Notes: a model not told the origin generated them from the sequence alone. A stretch of DNA of 64,000 nucleotides from Octopus vulgaris (GCA_951406725.2 OX597819.1:14818001-14882000); one strand, 5' to 3'; positions 30,866 through 44,357 are shown, counted from the stretch's first letter. Made by a program: numbers and translations.

Positions 30866-30907
<42 letters not shown>

Positions 30908-30931
30908 GTAATAATAATAATAATAATAGTA

Positions 30932-30998
<67 letters not shown>

Positions 30999-31000
30999 TG

Positions 31001-31050
<50 letters not shown>
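30595..31050. repeat. (GAT)n/(TAA)n compound microsatellite
   Basis: Seen directly. Confidence 0.95.
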
Positions 31051-31054
<4 letters not shown>

Positions 31055-31608
31055 GCCCTGATGCAGTACCAGGCAGTGGCTCTCATGGCTTCTGATCTTA
31101 ACTGATTGGAAGTGTTATCATGTACATTGTTTTGTCTTGGTATAAAAGATGGGCTACAGCAAATATTCTGCTCAATACCACAGATTTGCTTGTCAGTTGT
31201 TTGACCTTAACCAGTTGAGCATGTCCCTTAGTGGCTGACGATATGTGCATCTCTGATCACGAGCAGAAGTAGTGGGGGAGCATCATAGCCATGTGTTGAG
31301 AGGGATTCTTTGGGGTTTGAATAATTCACCTCTGGAAACATGGGTGGTTCTTTCAACATCCTTAAACAACCCTTATTCAGGGACCTTTTGAGCGGGATGG
31401 GCTACTCAACCTGAAGAAAATTCTAACTGGGCCCCACCTGCAAGGTTATGTGCTGTTTATCTTGATATGAGATCACCATGTCGCGCACATATGGTTGTGA
31501 TGCATGTGCCTGGTGTACCTTTATCAGACGGGTAGTCATGATGGGTATATTGGGCTTCGTATATTTTACCCCAGTGTCACTTTGATGGCATGCACTGCTC
31601 TCTCACTC
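31051..31608 (+). mobile_element. 558-bp element H embedded in (TAA)n
   Basis: Near-identical inverted copy at 55472-56029 with the same length and flanks. Confidence 0.85.
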
Positions 31609-31901
31609 AATAATAATAATAATAATAATAACAACAACAACAATAATAATGACAAATTCTTTTGGGTTCCGTCTTTATTTCTTATCAAAACCAGTATTTC
31701 ACGTGCAACTGCTCACACAGACAAATACTAGAGGAAAGAGACGCCGATAAGAATTTCAATTCTAACATTTCAAAAAATATATATATATATATTCAGTAAA
31801 TATAAACAGAAAAACGAAAAAAAGTAAATGTGCCGATGATAGTTCTAAAGAAGGAAACTGCCTCAGTTAAATGTCAACATGGAGTTATTTATTTATTTAT
31901 C

Positions 31902-31932
<31 letters not shown>

Positions 31933-32048
31933 TTATTTATTTATTTATTTATTTATTTAATTATTTATTTATTTATCTATTTATTTATTTATTTATTTAT
32001 TTATTTATCTATTTATTTATTTATTTATTTATTTATCTATTTATCTAT

Positions 32049-32079
<31 letters not shown>

Positions 32080-32202
32080 TGCATGTGTTTAAATTTCAAT
32101 TTTTACAAGCCTCGTTTTCAGCAAAGCAAACGCCTTTAAGGAGTTCAAGATATAAAACTTTTGCTACTGTCACGCACATGCGCACACGCATTGGTACATA
32201 CA

Positions 32203-32261
<59 letters not shown>

Positions 32262-32267
<6 letters not shown>

Positions 32268-32513
32268 TGTATACATTCGCTGCTTTCTTCGAAGGAATCT
32301 AACGCTCTTAGCTTAGTTTTCCTTGGGGCTGGCCAGATTGGAGCAATCTCAAGTATAATCATCCGAAATTGCGAAGATAATCTGGTACTCGACTGAGGAA
32401 AGAAAACTTCGAATGACCCATCCTTGTTTTCTTTGTATCGTCTATCTGGATGTATTGTTGTCCCATTTTTGTATCACCTAACTGTCCGGACGTTTTGCGT
32501 TCTAGTCCCATTT

Positions 32514-32520
<7 letters not shown>
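32262..32520 (+). mobile_element. Family G repeat (TA-tract associated; second copy 46150-46345 on -)
   Basis: ggctggccagattggagcaatctc.agtataa.ca.ccgaaattgc is shared. Confidence 0.7.
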
Positions 32521-32581
<61 letters not shown>

Positions 32582-32592
32582 GTATTTACACT

Positions 32593-32625
<33 letters not shown>

Positions 32626-32634
32626 ACACATCCG

Positions 32635-32742
32635 CGTTTAGTCCCACTGCATGACAACTTGGACAAGTGTCTTCTACAAAAGCCTCAGGCCGACCAAAGC
32701 CTTGATAGTGGATTTCGTAGATGGAAACTGAAAGGAACCCGT

Positions 32743-32784
<42 letters not shown>

Positions 32785-32953
32785 ATCCAAACAAGAAAGC
32801 ACAAAAAAACACAACAACGCGAGGACGTGGAACAAATATAGTATTATTGGACGCTCAGGAAAGAAGGAAAGAAGGAGGGTTTAACGTTTCGAGCGGAGCT
32901 CTTCGTCGGAAACATAGGAGAAGGAAAGATCCAGAGAAGGGAAGACAGTACAC

Positions 32954-33005
<52 letters not shown>

Positions 33006-33255
33006 AGTGTGTGTGTGTGTGTCAGAGTGTGTGTATGCGTCTGTGTTTGTCCCCCCACCACACCATCACTTGACAACCGATGTTGGTGTGTTTACGTCCC
33101 CGTAACGTAGCAGTTCGGCAAAGGAGGCCGATAGAATAAGTACCAGGCTTACAAAGAATGAGTCCTGCGGTCGGTTTCCTCGACTAAAAGGCGGTGTCCC
33201 AGCATGGCCACAGTCAAATGACTGAAACAAGTAAGAGAACAAAAAAATAAAAGAA
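32635..33255 (+). mobile_element. SINE-A interrupted in its microsatellite by an E-like HHR element (32781-32950, -)
   Basis: SINE halves at 32635-32745 and 33030-33255; insert has gttt-CCGACGA-a-gagctccgctc-GAAA-cGTT-aaac on - (32879-32913). Confidence 0.75.
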
Positions 33256-33950
33256 TGTGTGTGTGCGCGTGCGTATTTACAATAATATACTCACACCTAC
33301 TTACACATATACAACTGCATACACACACACACACACACACGCGCGCGCAAATTTAGGCATGAATGTGTGTGTGTGTGTGTGAGGGAGAGAGAGAGAAAGG
33401 GAGTGTGTGTGGTGTGTCTAGATGTGTGTGGATGTACGTGTAGATGTGTGTGCGCGTGTGCGTGCGCGCGCCGTTTTTCGTACCCCTCCATACAAAGATG
33501 CCTCCCAAAACAGATCATGCGCAACCGGTAGCTTACAATGAAGTAAGTGCATTTCCTCCCACTATCACCACTGCTCGTCACGCACCTACCCTTCAAATAT
33601 CGCTACTCCTCTGCCCTTCCCTCTCCGTTTCCCACCCTCTCTCTCCCTTGTCTCTCTCCGTCTTTATTTACCTCTTTCTTAACCAATTAGACAGGATCAG
33701 GAACAGAGCCGTCTGTGGCTGTGTCCTTATGTATGAGTGAGACCCGGGAGAGAGAGAGAGAGAGGGAGGATTCGGTTGGATGCTTTTAGATAAAAGCGAA
33801 ACCCCACCCACACGACTGCACTGCCCGACATACAAGAACACATGCACGCAGGTACGCGTACCTGGGTAATCAAATGCGTGCACACGTAGAGTCATTTGCA
33901 CAATGATGCCAAAACTAACACACACACACATAGACATATATATATATATG

Positions 33951-33994
<44 letters not shown>

Positions 33995-34008
33995 AATGGT
34001 ACGGTGAA

Positions 34009-34525
34009 TAAAATTGTCGTCTAAATTACCCAAAAATGAAAATAACACTGACATCTCATATTAATTGGTATATTTACCAAAATTACATAAGATTATCTTG
34101 AAATACTAAAGAGTAAATTTATTCAATGCAATCGCCATTGGCTTCAACCTAGGCCTCCAGACGACTTCAGAATCTATTGGAACTCTTATGGATGGTCTCC
34201 TTGTTTAAGTTGATGAATGCTGCCATAATCCTTGCCTTCAGTTCATCTTTGGTGTTACAAGGAGTTTTGTTGGTCTCTCAATCAACTGCACCCCACACAT
34301 AATAATCAGGGGGTTACAATCTGGGAAGTTAGGTGGCCAAATGTTAGAGGCGATGTGATCGCAGAAATTGTCTGACAGCCGTGACTGGGTTTTCCTGCGT
34401 GTGTTGTACGGTGGAGAGTTCTGTTGCCAGACATAGGGTCTTCCAGCAGCCACCCTCTTCACGTAGGGCAGCACTACCTCCACCGGGCACTTGATGTAGG
34501 CCTCTGTGTTGGGTTTGAGGCTGTG
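34009..34525 (-). mobile_element. DD37D/maT-like transposase 3' remnant
   Basis: EVVLPYVKRVAAGRPYVWQQNSPPYNT...IWPPNFPDCNPL. Confidence 0.8.
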
Positions 34526-35045
<520 letters not shown>

Positions 35046-35503
35046 GAATATATATATATATATATATATATAACACATGCATATATGTGTGTGTACATAT
35101 ATTCATATATACGCATGCGCACACATACATAGATCCCTGTTGACAGGTCACTAACATGTCATCGTAGCTATTTAATTTCTGTGCCAATTTAGGCGATTAA
35201 GGCTTAAGAAGTCACTTTGGTGAAAATGATTTGCACATCTACGTGATCTTCTGTAGCAGACGCGCCCTTCCATTCTTGCAAGCGTTCCATGTTCTTCGTC
35301 ACACACGCATGTATGTATGTGTACATCTATACATACATACATACAGACAGACAGACAAACTGACAGATAGATAGATAGATAGATAGATAGATATAGATAT
35401 ATATATATTACTTCCCCCTTACATTACCACGTGTAGTTTCTATTTTCTTTTTGTAACATATTTCTATCATATATATATGTGATTATTATAATAATTATTA
35501 TTA

Positions 35504-35576
<73 letters not shown>

Positions 35577-36426
35577 CATTATTATTATTTTTGTTATTGT
35601 TATTATTATGGTACGGATATGTACGTCTGCAATGGCGTATGTTTATATACAATATTCAAGATAAGCCATATACACATGCCTTGTTTACGTAACCAGAACT
35701 AGGTCACGTTCACGAAGTGTGAAATGCCGTTCCACTCTCTATTTGACACACTTTATGATGTGTCGTTGTTATTATTGCTACTGTCGGTCTGAGCAGTCTT
35801 AGTTCAGCCCTGATCAAGCAGATGCATGAAGGGCATTCTAGCCGTGACCATCCGATGTTTATATATACTTAGGCGAAAAATGTTCAGTGTGTCACTCTTG
35901 TTTTAAAACCGCAGGGTGTAATTTGATGGATTTTGATTGTTATTATTAGCAGGTCAAGCGACCGCATAGAGACACCGTCGTTTGCAAGGAGACTCTCTCT
36001 CTCATTGTTTTCATTGTTGCAGAACAAAGCAGGCGCTGATCGAGCAGACGACCTAGGTCACGCTTGATTTAGTGGAGCACACCCAGTCGAGCGACTGACG
36101 AAACGCGTTCCACAAAGTAAGCATAGCACATATATGTATATACATACACGCACACACACACACACACACAGAGAGAGAAAGAGAGGTGAAGAAGAGATGG
36201 AAGGAGAGAGGGAGGGAGATACTTACATACGTACATATATATATAATTAAATATACATATGTATCTATATATGCATTAAGGAAAAGGAGAGGATTATTTT
36301 CTGGTGTGAACAGGATATGTGTTTCTGCCTCAAACGCTGTCATCAACACGACAATTGTTCTAACTCATCACCAATTACCAATGGACTTTGACTTAGAATT
36401 GAACACAGTTATAGCCTATATTTACA

Positions 36427-36493
<67 letters not shown>

Positions 36494-36512
36494 TATTAAA
36501 ATATTAAAATAT

Positions 36513-37545
36513 ATATGCATATATGGGTACAGGACGTCACTAACGGTGCAAATAACACGAAATACGTAAACAAATGAGTTAAATACGTAAACGAGGGAAA
36601 ATGGAAAACAGGATAAGTAAACTCAGAGAAAAGACCCTTCATCAATTGTCAGCTCCTCATTTCAAGCTTTCAACGGCAATATGAGTATTCAATGACAGTT
36701 GCTCCCATGAATTCTAAAATGAAATTTAGGATTTATGGAGGGTCAAAGTTGGGAACAAACACATCTGGAGAGATACACATGTGGAGACAGTAGAGACATA
36801 GAAGGAAGACGAACGAAAACAAACATGGAGGATCGTTAGACCAGAACGAGAGGAAAATAGTGAAAGCTGGGAGAAACTTTTTTTTGAAAAGAGAAAAGAT
36901 AGAAGGCAGATAGAGAAACACGTCCGCTTTTTTGAACGTCCGTGCAGGAAAAGAAAGATGGACGATGGTTACGAGTGAGCAACGACAGAGAGAGAGAGAG
37001 AAGTGAAAGAGAGAAGAGAAGGGGAGAGAAAGACAGATAGAAAACGGTGAAGGAGGGAGTGGGAGAAAAAGGGAATTGGAGAAAGATGGAGGAAGAAAAC
37101 AGTATGGAGTAGAGAGTTGCATCAAAAAGGTGAGGATAAACTTACTTGGAAATGGATGCGTCGCGTTCAATTGAATAATGAATAATATAATATATATATA
37201 CACATTTATATACATATGCATATATGGGTACAGGACGACACCAACGGCGCAAATAAGAGGAAATACGTAAACAACGAGAAAAAATTGGAAAGCAGGACAA
37301 GTAAACACGGAGAAAGGACCCTTCGTCAGTTGTCGGCTGTCTATCTACTCCTTATTTCGAGGATTCAGTGACAATACGAGTATTCAAAGACAGTTGGTCC
37401 CATAAATTGTAAAATAAAATTTTGGATTTATGGAGGGTCAAAGTTGGAAACAAAAACAGGACAGTGGAGACCCACAAGGAAACAGAACGGAAACAAACAT
37501 GGAGGGTCGTTAGACCGGAACGAGAGGAAAATAGTGAACGCTAGG
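36513..37545. mobile_element. Family F partial tandem (about 1.5 units, period about 700 bp)
   Basis: 36513-36868 repeats, diverged, at 37214-37544; TA tracts on both sides. Confidence 0.75.
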
Positions 37546-37598
<53 letters not shown>

Positions 37599-37702
37599 GA
37601 TTGATAGATAGATAGAAAGATAGATATATGTACGTATGTATGAGTGTGTGCAAATATATATATATGCATACACACTCATATCTAACTATCTATTTATCTA
37701 TC

Positions 37703-37738
<36 letters not shown>

Positions 37739-37742
37739 CGTG

Positions 37743-38500
37743 AAGGCGCATGCACCAGTGGTTAGAGCGTCGAGCTTACGATCGTGAGGTTGTGAGTTCG
37801 ATTCCTGGACCGGGCTGCGTCTTGTGTTCTTGAGCAAGACACTTTATTTCCCGTTGCTCCAGTTCACTCAGCTGTAGAAATGAGTTCCGACATCACTGGT
37901 GCCAAGCTGAATCGGCCCCTTTGCCTTTCCCTTGTATAACATCAGAGGCGTAGAGATGGGAGGCTGGTATGCATGGGCGAACTGGCAGAAACGTTAGTGC
38001 GCCAGGTGATATGCTTAACGGTATTTCTTCTGCCGCTACGTTCTGAGTTCAAATTCCGTCGAGGTCGACTTTGCCTTTCATCCTTTCGGGGTCGATTAAA
38101 TAAGTACCAGTTACGCACTGGGGTCGGTATAATCGATTTAATCCGTTTGTCTGTCCTTGTTTGTCCTCTCTGTGTTTAGCCCCTTGTGGGTAGTAAAGAA
38201 ATAGGTATTTCTTCTGCCGCTACGTTCTGAGTTCAAATTCCGTCGAGGTCGACTTTGCCTTTCATCCTTTCGGGGTCGATTAAATAAGTACCAGTTACGC
38301 ACTGGGGTCGATGTAATCGACTTAATCCGTTTGTCTGTCCTTGTTTGTCCCCTCTGTGTGTAGCCCCTTGTGGGTAGTAAAGAAATAGGTATGCATGGGC
38401 GACTGCTCATTTTCCATAAAATAACCTTGCCCGGACTTATGCCTCGGAGGGTAACATTCTAGATGCAATCCCATGGTTATCCGTGACTGAAGGGGGTCTC
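37743..38500 (+). mobile_element. SINE-J (tRNA head, cttgagcaagacac motif) split by a SINE-B dimer
   Basis: Duplication ggtatgcatgggcga at 37966-37980 and 38388-38402; uninterrupted relative at 42300-42632(-). Confidence 0.85.
37976..38389 (+). mobile_element. SINE-B dimer, 184-bp period
   Basis: Units start at 38021 and 38205. Confidence 0.9.
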
Positions 38501-38559
38501 CGACATATACATACATACATACATACATACATACATACATACATACATACATACATACA

Positions 38560-38595
<36 letters not shown>

Positions 38596-38800
38596 TATAT
38601 GCATATGTATGTATAGTGGTTAGGGTGTTGCACTCACCATTGCAAGATCGTGGGTTCAATTTCCGGACCGGGCGTTGCGTTGTATTCTTGAGCAAAGCAC
38701 TTCATTTTACGTCGCTCTGCAATCATCTCAACATCTGACATGTGGTACCCAGTTGCACCTGTACAGGTAATGTCGATTTGATGGAGGGAGTGAGCTTATG

Positions 38801-39518
38801 TCAACCTATTACATTCGAATGTATCTTTCAAATGCCTTTACTTTGGCGCGTTGAGACCCGAAAAAAGCAGCCTGCAGCTAATAATTAGCAGCAGTCAATT
38901 TATCGGTTAGAGAACATATTTATTTACATAAAATTTATTAAGGGTAGAAATTGATATTTATCAATTAAAACCAGTGGTCTAGCATATTAAAATTTCTACC
39001 CTTGATTAATTTTATATAAATAAATATGTTCTCTAACCGATAAATTGACTGCTGCTAATTATTAGCAGCAGGCTGATTTTTTCGGGTCTCAACGCGCCAA
39101 AGTAAAGGCATTTGAAAGATACATTCGAATGTAATAGGTTGAACTCCATGCACGCGATACTCCGGTATCGTTTTTGCATCTAGTCCAGCAAATTGCATTC
39201 TTAACGGACCATGCTGATGAATGGCTACAGTTATCCTTGCGGATAATAATAGCCGAAACTGATCAGTACATGGGTAATTATTTTATTTCGTATATTTTCA
39301 CTTGTTTATTGCTTTGGTTTTGTGCTGAGTTTGATTTGAGAACATAATCTTTTGTGGAGAATGGCGATTTGACGTCTATATCTAGCATGTTGACTGTCCA
39401 CTTTTCGTGTTTAGTCCTTAATTGGTATATATAAATATTTTAATCTTCGGATTCTTTTTTAATATGCTAGACCACTGGTTTTAATTGATAAATATCAATT
39501 TCTACCCTTAATTAATTT

Positions 39519-39523
<5 letters not shown>
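38801..39523 (+). mobile_element. HHR mini-element, 506-bp monomer with junction-spanning 5' inversion
   Basis: Direct repeat at 38991/39497; 38801-38992 is the reverse complement of monomer end joined to monomer start. Confidence 0.85.
39209..39273 (+). ncRNA. Type I hammerhead ribozyme
   Basis: ccatg-CTGATGA-at-ggcta..tagcc-GAAA-ctgatca-GTA-catgg; palindromic stem III actgatcagt. Confidence 0.85.
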
Positions 39524-39579
<56 letters not shown>

Positions 39580-40331
39580 GAGTATAGTTAATTCGAGGAA
39601 AGTCACTTGTATACATACGTTAGGAATTATTGTAATTATAAATATTATCAATATTGAAAGATAAGAAAATAGAGAAAATGGATGTATGAATAATTTATTT
39701 GTATGTTATGAAATGTTGTTTAATCAAATGCTTAGAATTTCTGATCAGCTACGGGTTAGTACAGAAACATATATGTAGGTTCTTTTCATTTCTTTTTTTT
39801 TTTTTCGAGCCTAATATATTTATTTGTATTGTTATGTTTTTTTTAAAGAAATTTTATAACATACTAATGAATTATTAATACATTTATTTTCTCTACATTA
39901 TCTTTTCCTTCTATATACGAATATATATATATATACATATATATATAATTTTCTAATAATAATTCGAAATAATTAATTTCGCCATTTATCAAGCCGAAAG
40001 CAAGACCGTTTGTTGTTTGTTGTTTGAGCACATGAATGTACACATCCATCCACCCATCTATCCATCTAGCCATCCAGCCATCCTGCCATCCAGCCATGCA
40101 TCCCTCCATCCATACATACATACATACATACAAACGCACACACACACATACGCACGCACACACACATACACATATATGCATATATCTAATTTTATAATAT
40201 ACCATAGTAAATAGTAATACAATAAAACAGCATATTACTCTACCTTTCGTATTCAAGTACTATTTTGACCACCGTATTACGCTTGTGTAGATAGATAGAT
40301 AGATAGAGAGAGAGATAATAAATATGTGTAT

Positions 40332-40384
<53 letters not shown>

Positions 40385-40657
40385 ATATTTATATTGATAT
40401 ATATATATATACATATATGTTATACACACACACATATTTATTATTTTATTCTTTTACTTGTTTCAGTCATTTGACTGCGGCCATGCTGGAGTACTGCCTT
40501 TAGTCGAAGAAATCGACCCCAGGACTTATTCTTCGTAAGCCTAGCACTTATTCTTTGTATAGGTAACTTTGGTGGAACCACTAAGTTACGGGACGTTAAC
40601 ACGCTAACATCGGTTGTCAAGAGATTGTGGTGGGACATACAGAGACACACATGCATA

Positions 40658-40704
<47 letters not shown>

Positions 40705-40946
40705 GGGGGGGTGTTATTATTAAACTACCATTACAATAAAATGTATACACAAAATATATGTACTTACATATATACATATATACATGAGGGAACTACATGA
40801 GAACCTACATCGCTAAAAATAGAAGTCAAAATACTTTTGTGCCGCAAAATAGTCACAAATTTACTACAGGCATGGTAGGAAAAAATTCCATTGCCCATTA
40901 GAATTGTCTTACCTATGCTAGGTCAGCGCAAGTAACGCCGTTCAAC

Positions 40947-40999
40947 TTGGTACCGGTTTCGAAATGAGTGCCAAATGGGTGCCTTTTCTCTTCAGCCAA
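40947..40999 (-). ncRNA. Type I hammerhead ribozyme, canonical core
   Basis: ttgg-CTGAAGA-gaaa..tttc-GAAA-ccg-GTA-ccaa; palindromic stem III accggt. Confidence 0.85.
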
Positions 41000-41402
41000 A
41001 GTCTGACAGCTAACTACTACTAAAAGTTTCCCCCGAAATGCCTGCAAATGTCCATTTAAAGTAACCAGGCACTATTTAAACAAACGAAATGTATGAAATT
41101 ATTTATGAATAAATATGAGTGATGATATTATTAAAATACCACCACGAGTAGCAAGCGAACATTCACTGCAAAATCCAGAATTCTTTTTTTTTTTTCTATT
41201 CTTTCTCTGTTTATTTTCTCGTGTTTCTTTTTATTGAAGAGCGTAGGCTCGAAACGTAAAAGACTTTCTCACCTTTCCCAGCGTCAAACTAATACATTTA
41301 TTTGTTGTTTATACACCTGTCTTCGTCTTTTGTTTTTCTGTAAATTTCAACTATATATATATATTTGGAAAAGGATGCGTGACATTCAATCAAATAATAA
41401 TG

Positions 41403-41507
<105 letters not shown>

Positions 41508-41670
41508 ACATGCATATATGGGTACAGGACGTCACAAAACAGTAAACAACACGAAATACGAAAACAAATGAGTTGAACACGCAAACAACGAGAGAAACAA
41601 ATGGAAAACAGGACAAGTAACAAAGTTGTTGGCTGTCAATCTACTCTTCATTTCGATATATATATATATA

Positions 41671-41817
41671 CCGGTGTAAACACAGAAATGTGAAACAAGG
41701 TGGAAAAAAGAGTACTCAAATACCAGTGATAGAGTTCTAGCAAAAACTGTCCGACGAACGACAACGCGAAACTCAGAGTAACAGGTTTTGTGGAATTTTC
41801 TGCTGCTTTAAATAAAG

Positions 41818-41820
<3 letters not shown>
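41671..41820 (+). mobile_element. Family D mini-element: inverted 3' segment plus HHR (41747-41784)
   Basis: ctgt-CCGACGA-acgacaacgc-GAAA-ctcaga-GTA-acag; 41671-41735 is in opposite orientation relative to the colinear copy at 4424-4544. Confidence 0.7.
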
Positions 41821-41868
<48 letters not shown>

Positions 41869-41891
41869 AGAGAGAGCGAGAGCGAGAGTAT

Positions 41892-42207
41892 AGCTTATTG
41901 CCAACAGAAAGTGGCAGTCCTGATTAGCACCAATGTTGTTGTTTTTTAGCCCAAGGAAAACCTCATCTCCAGCTGGCTAGAGATGGCGACACTAATTCTT
42001 GTTCGAGGTATATACTTTTGAAAGTGACACTCAACCACTGTTCTCATGAATAGAGACATTATTAGTTCTAAATCTCTGAACGAGAAACATGCAGCAACAG
42101 TACGATAGAGTGAAGCTTATTTGCCAACATAAAGTGGCAGTCCTGGTTAGGACCAATGTTGCTGTTATTTAGTCCCAGGAAAACATCGTCTCCAGCTGGC
42201 TATAGAC
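41892..42207. repeat. Diverged partial tandem (period about 222 bp), related to 44115-44230
   Basis: agcttat(t)tgccaaca.aaagtggcagtcctg..ttag.ccc/aggaaaac occurs twice. Confidence 0.65.
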
Positions 42208-42233
42208 CCACGAACAGCGTCCTTATTTATGTT

Positions 42234-42299
<66 letters not shown>

Positions 42300-42302
<3 letters not shown>

Positions 42303-42632
42303 TGACTCCGTCGGTCACGAATGACCATGGGTGCACCTAAGGGGTTCCCCTCCGAAGTACAGTTCGGGGCGGAAAGTCGCCTCACCGGCGTATGCACAAC
42401 CTGGGGTTGTTTTTATGGAAGACCAGCCGTCACCCATGCATACCAGCCTCCCGTCTCTACGCCACTGATGTTATACAAGGGAAAGGCAAAGGGGCCGATA
42501 CAGCTTGGCACCAGTGACGTCGCGACTCATTTCTACAGCTGAGTGAATTGGATCAACGGGAAATAAAGTGTCTTGCTCAAGAACACAAGACGCAGCCCGG
42601 TCCAGCAATCGAACTCACAACCTCACGATTGT
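42300..42632 (-). mobile_element. SINE-J, 5'-truncated
   Basis: Match to 37743-38500; flanking duplication agcgtccttatttatgttta at about 42217 and 42633. Confidence 0.8.
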
Positions 42633-42705
42633 AGCGTCCTTATTTATGTTTACATACATACATACATACACACAAAACACACACACACACATATATATAT
42701 ATAAT

Positions 42706-42898
42706 ACAGTTCTATATTTAAGAGATGAGGAATTATGTTCATTATTTACGTTATTTATATTCAACGGATATTTGTCCTCATTTTGTTTGTTGTTAGCAGA
42801 ACGTTTCGTCTGGTATACCCTCCAGCCTTCATCAGGTGTCTTAAGGAAATTTCGAACCTGGGTTCTCATTCCTAAGGTATTTTTCGATGTTATTATTA

Positions 42899-42969
<71 letters not shown>

Positions 42970-43012
42970 CATTATCATCACCATCATCATTATTATTATT
43001 ATAATTATTATA

Positions 43013-43066
<54 letters not shown>

Positions 43067-43081
43067 ATAATTATTATTTTA

Positions 43082-43177
<96 letters not shown>

Positions 43178-43277
43178 TCACAGCCTGGAATCGAACTCGG
43201 AATCTTGAGGTTAGTAGCCGGCGCTCTTCACCACTAAGCCATATGTCCGTGATTCCGAGTTCGATTCCAGGAATTGA

Positions 43278-43364
<87 letters not shown>

Positions 43365-43367
43365 TTA

Positions 43368-43449
<82 letters not shown>

Positions 43450-43627
43450 CAACAACAACAACAACAACAACAATAATAATAATAATAATGATAACAATAA
43501 CATTGAAAAATACCTTAGGAATGAGAACCCCAAGATACCTGATGAAGGTTGGAGGGTATATCAGCCGAAACGCTGTGTTAACAACAAAGAAGATGAGGTC
43601 AAATATCCGTTAAATGTAAATAATGTA
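42706..43627. mobile_element. Family C head-to-head inverted pair
   Basis: Minus copy 42706-43250 (head, TAA, HHR) abuts plus copy 43251-43627, which starts at the B-box. Confidence 0.85.
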
Positions 43628-44305
43628 TATATATATATATATACACATACATATATATATATATGCGTCTTATTTATGTTTACCTATATATGTAAGCATA
43701 GATATATGCACACACAGAGAAGGGGAGGAAAAGTAAAAGTGAGAGAGACAGACAGACAGTAATGTGTAATACTTGTACACGCTTACGTATTCATGCATAC
43801 GGGCACAAACAATGTGCCATGGGTACACACACAATAACCGCCCAAGGGATAGAAGTATCCATTACACTACCGGTATATCACCTATGTTTAACCGCAGGCA
43901 TACATATGCAAGCATATTATGCTCATAAATTAAAGGTAAAGACAAGAGTAAACATGAGTCTTTTTCAAGAATCAATATTTAAAGAAAACAAGTGACTTAA
44001 ATCACCTTTTAATAAATAATATATGATGTTAGTCAATTGTTGTTCATCGATATTTCTCCATTTTCTGTCTTCTTCATATATATATAATATACATATATAT
44101 ATATATATATATATTAATAATTATTGCCAAGTTAACATGGCAGTCCAGAACAATAGGACGAATGCTGCCGTTGATTAACTCCAAGAGGCCATCGCCTAGT
44201 TTCAGGGTATTTGCCCCTTATCAATGTAAAGTAGCCGAATCCAGCAGGCGCTGCTACTGACCGTCTGTTCGAAAGATTATTTACCTAAAATTCAGTGGAA
44301 AACAT

Positions 44306-44357
<52 letters not shown>

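Noticed and set aside
31234-31340. CTGACGA in element H as a hammerhead core
   Set aside because: No properly placed GAAA with flanking stems
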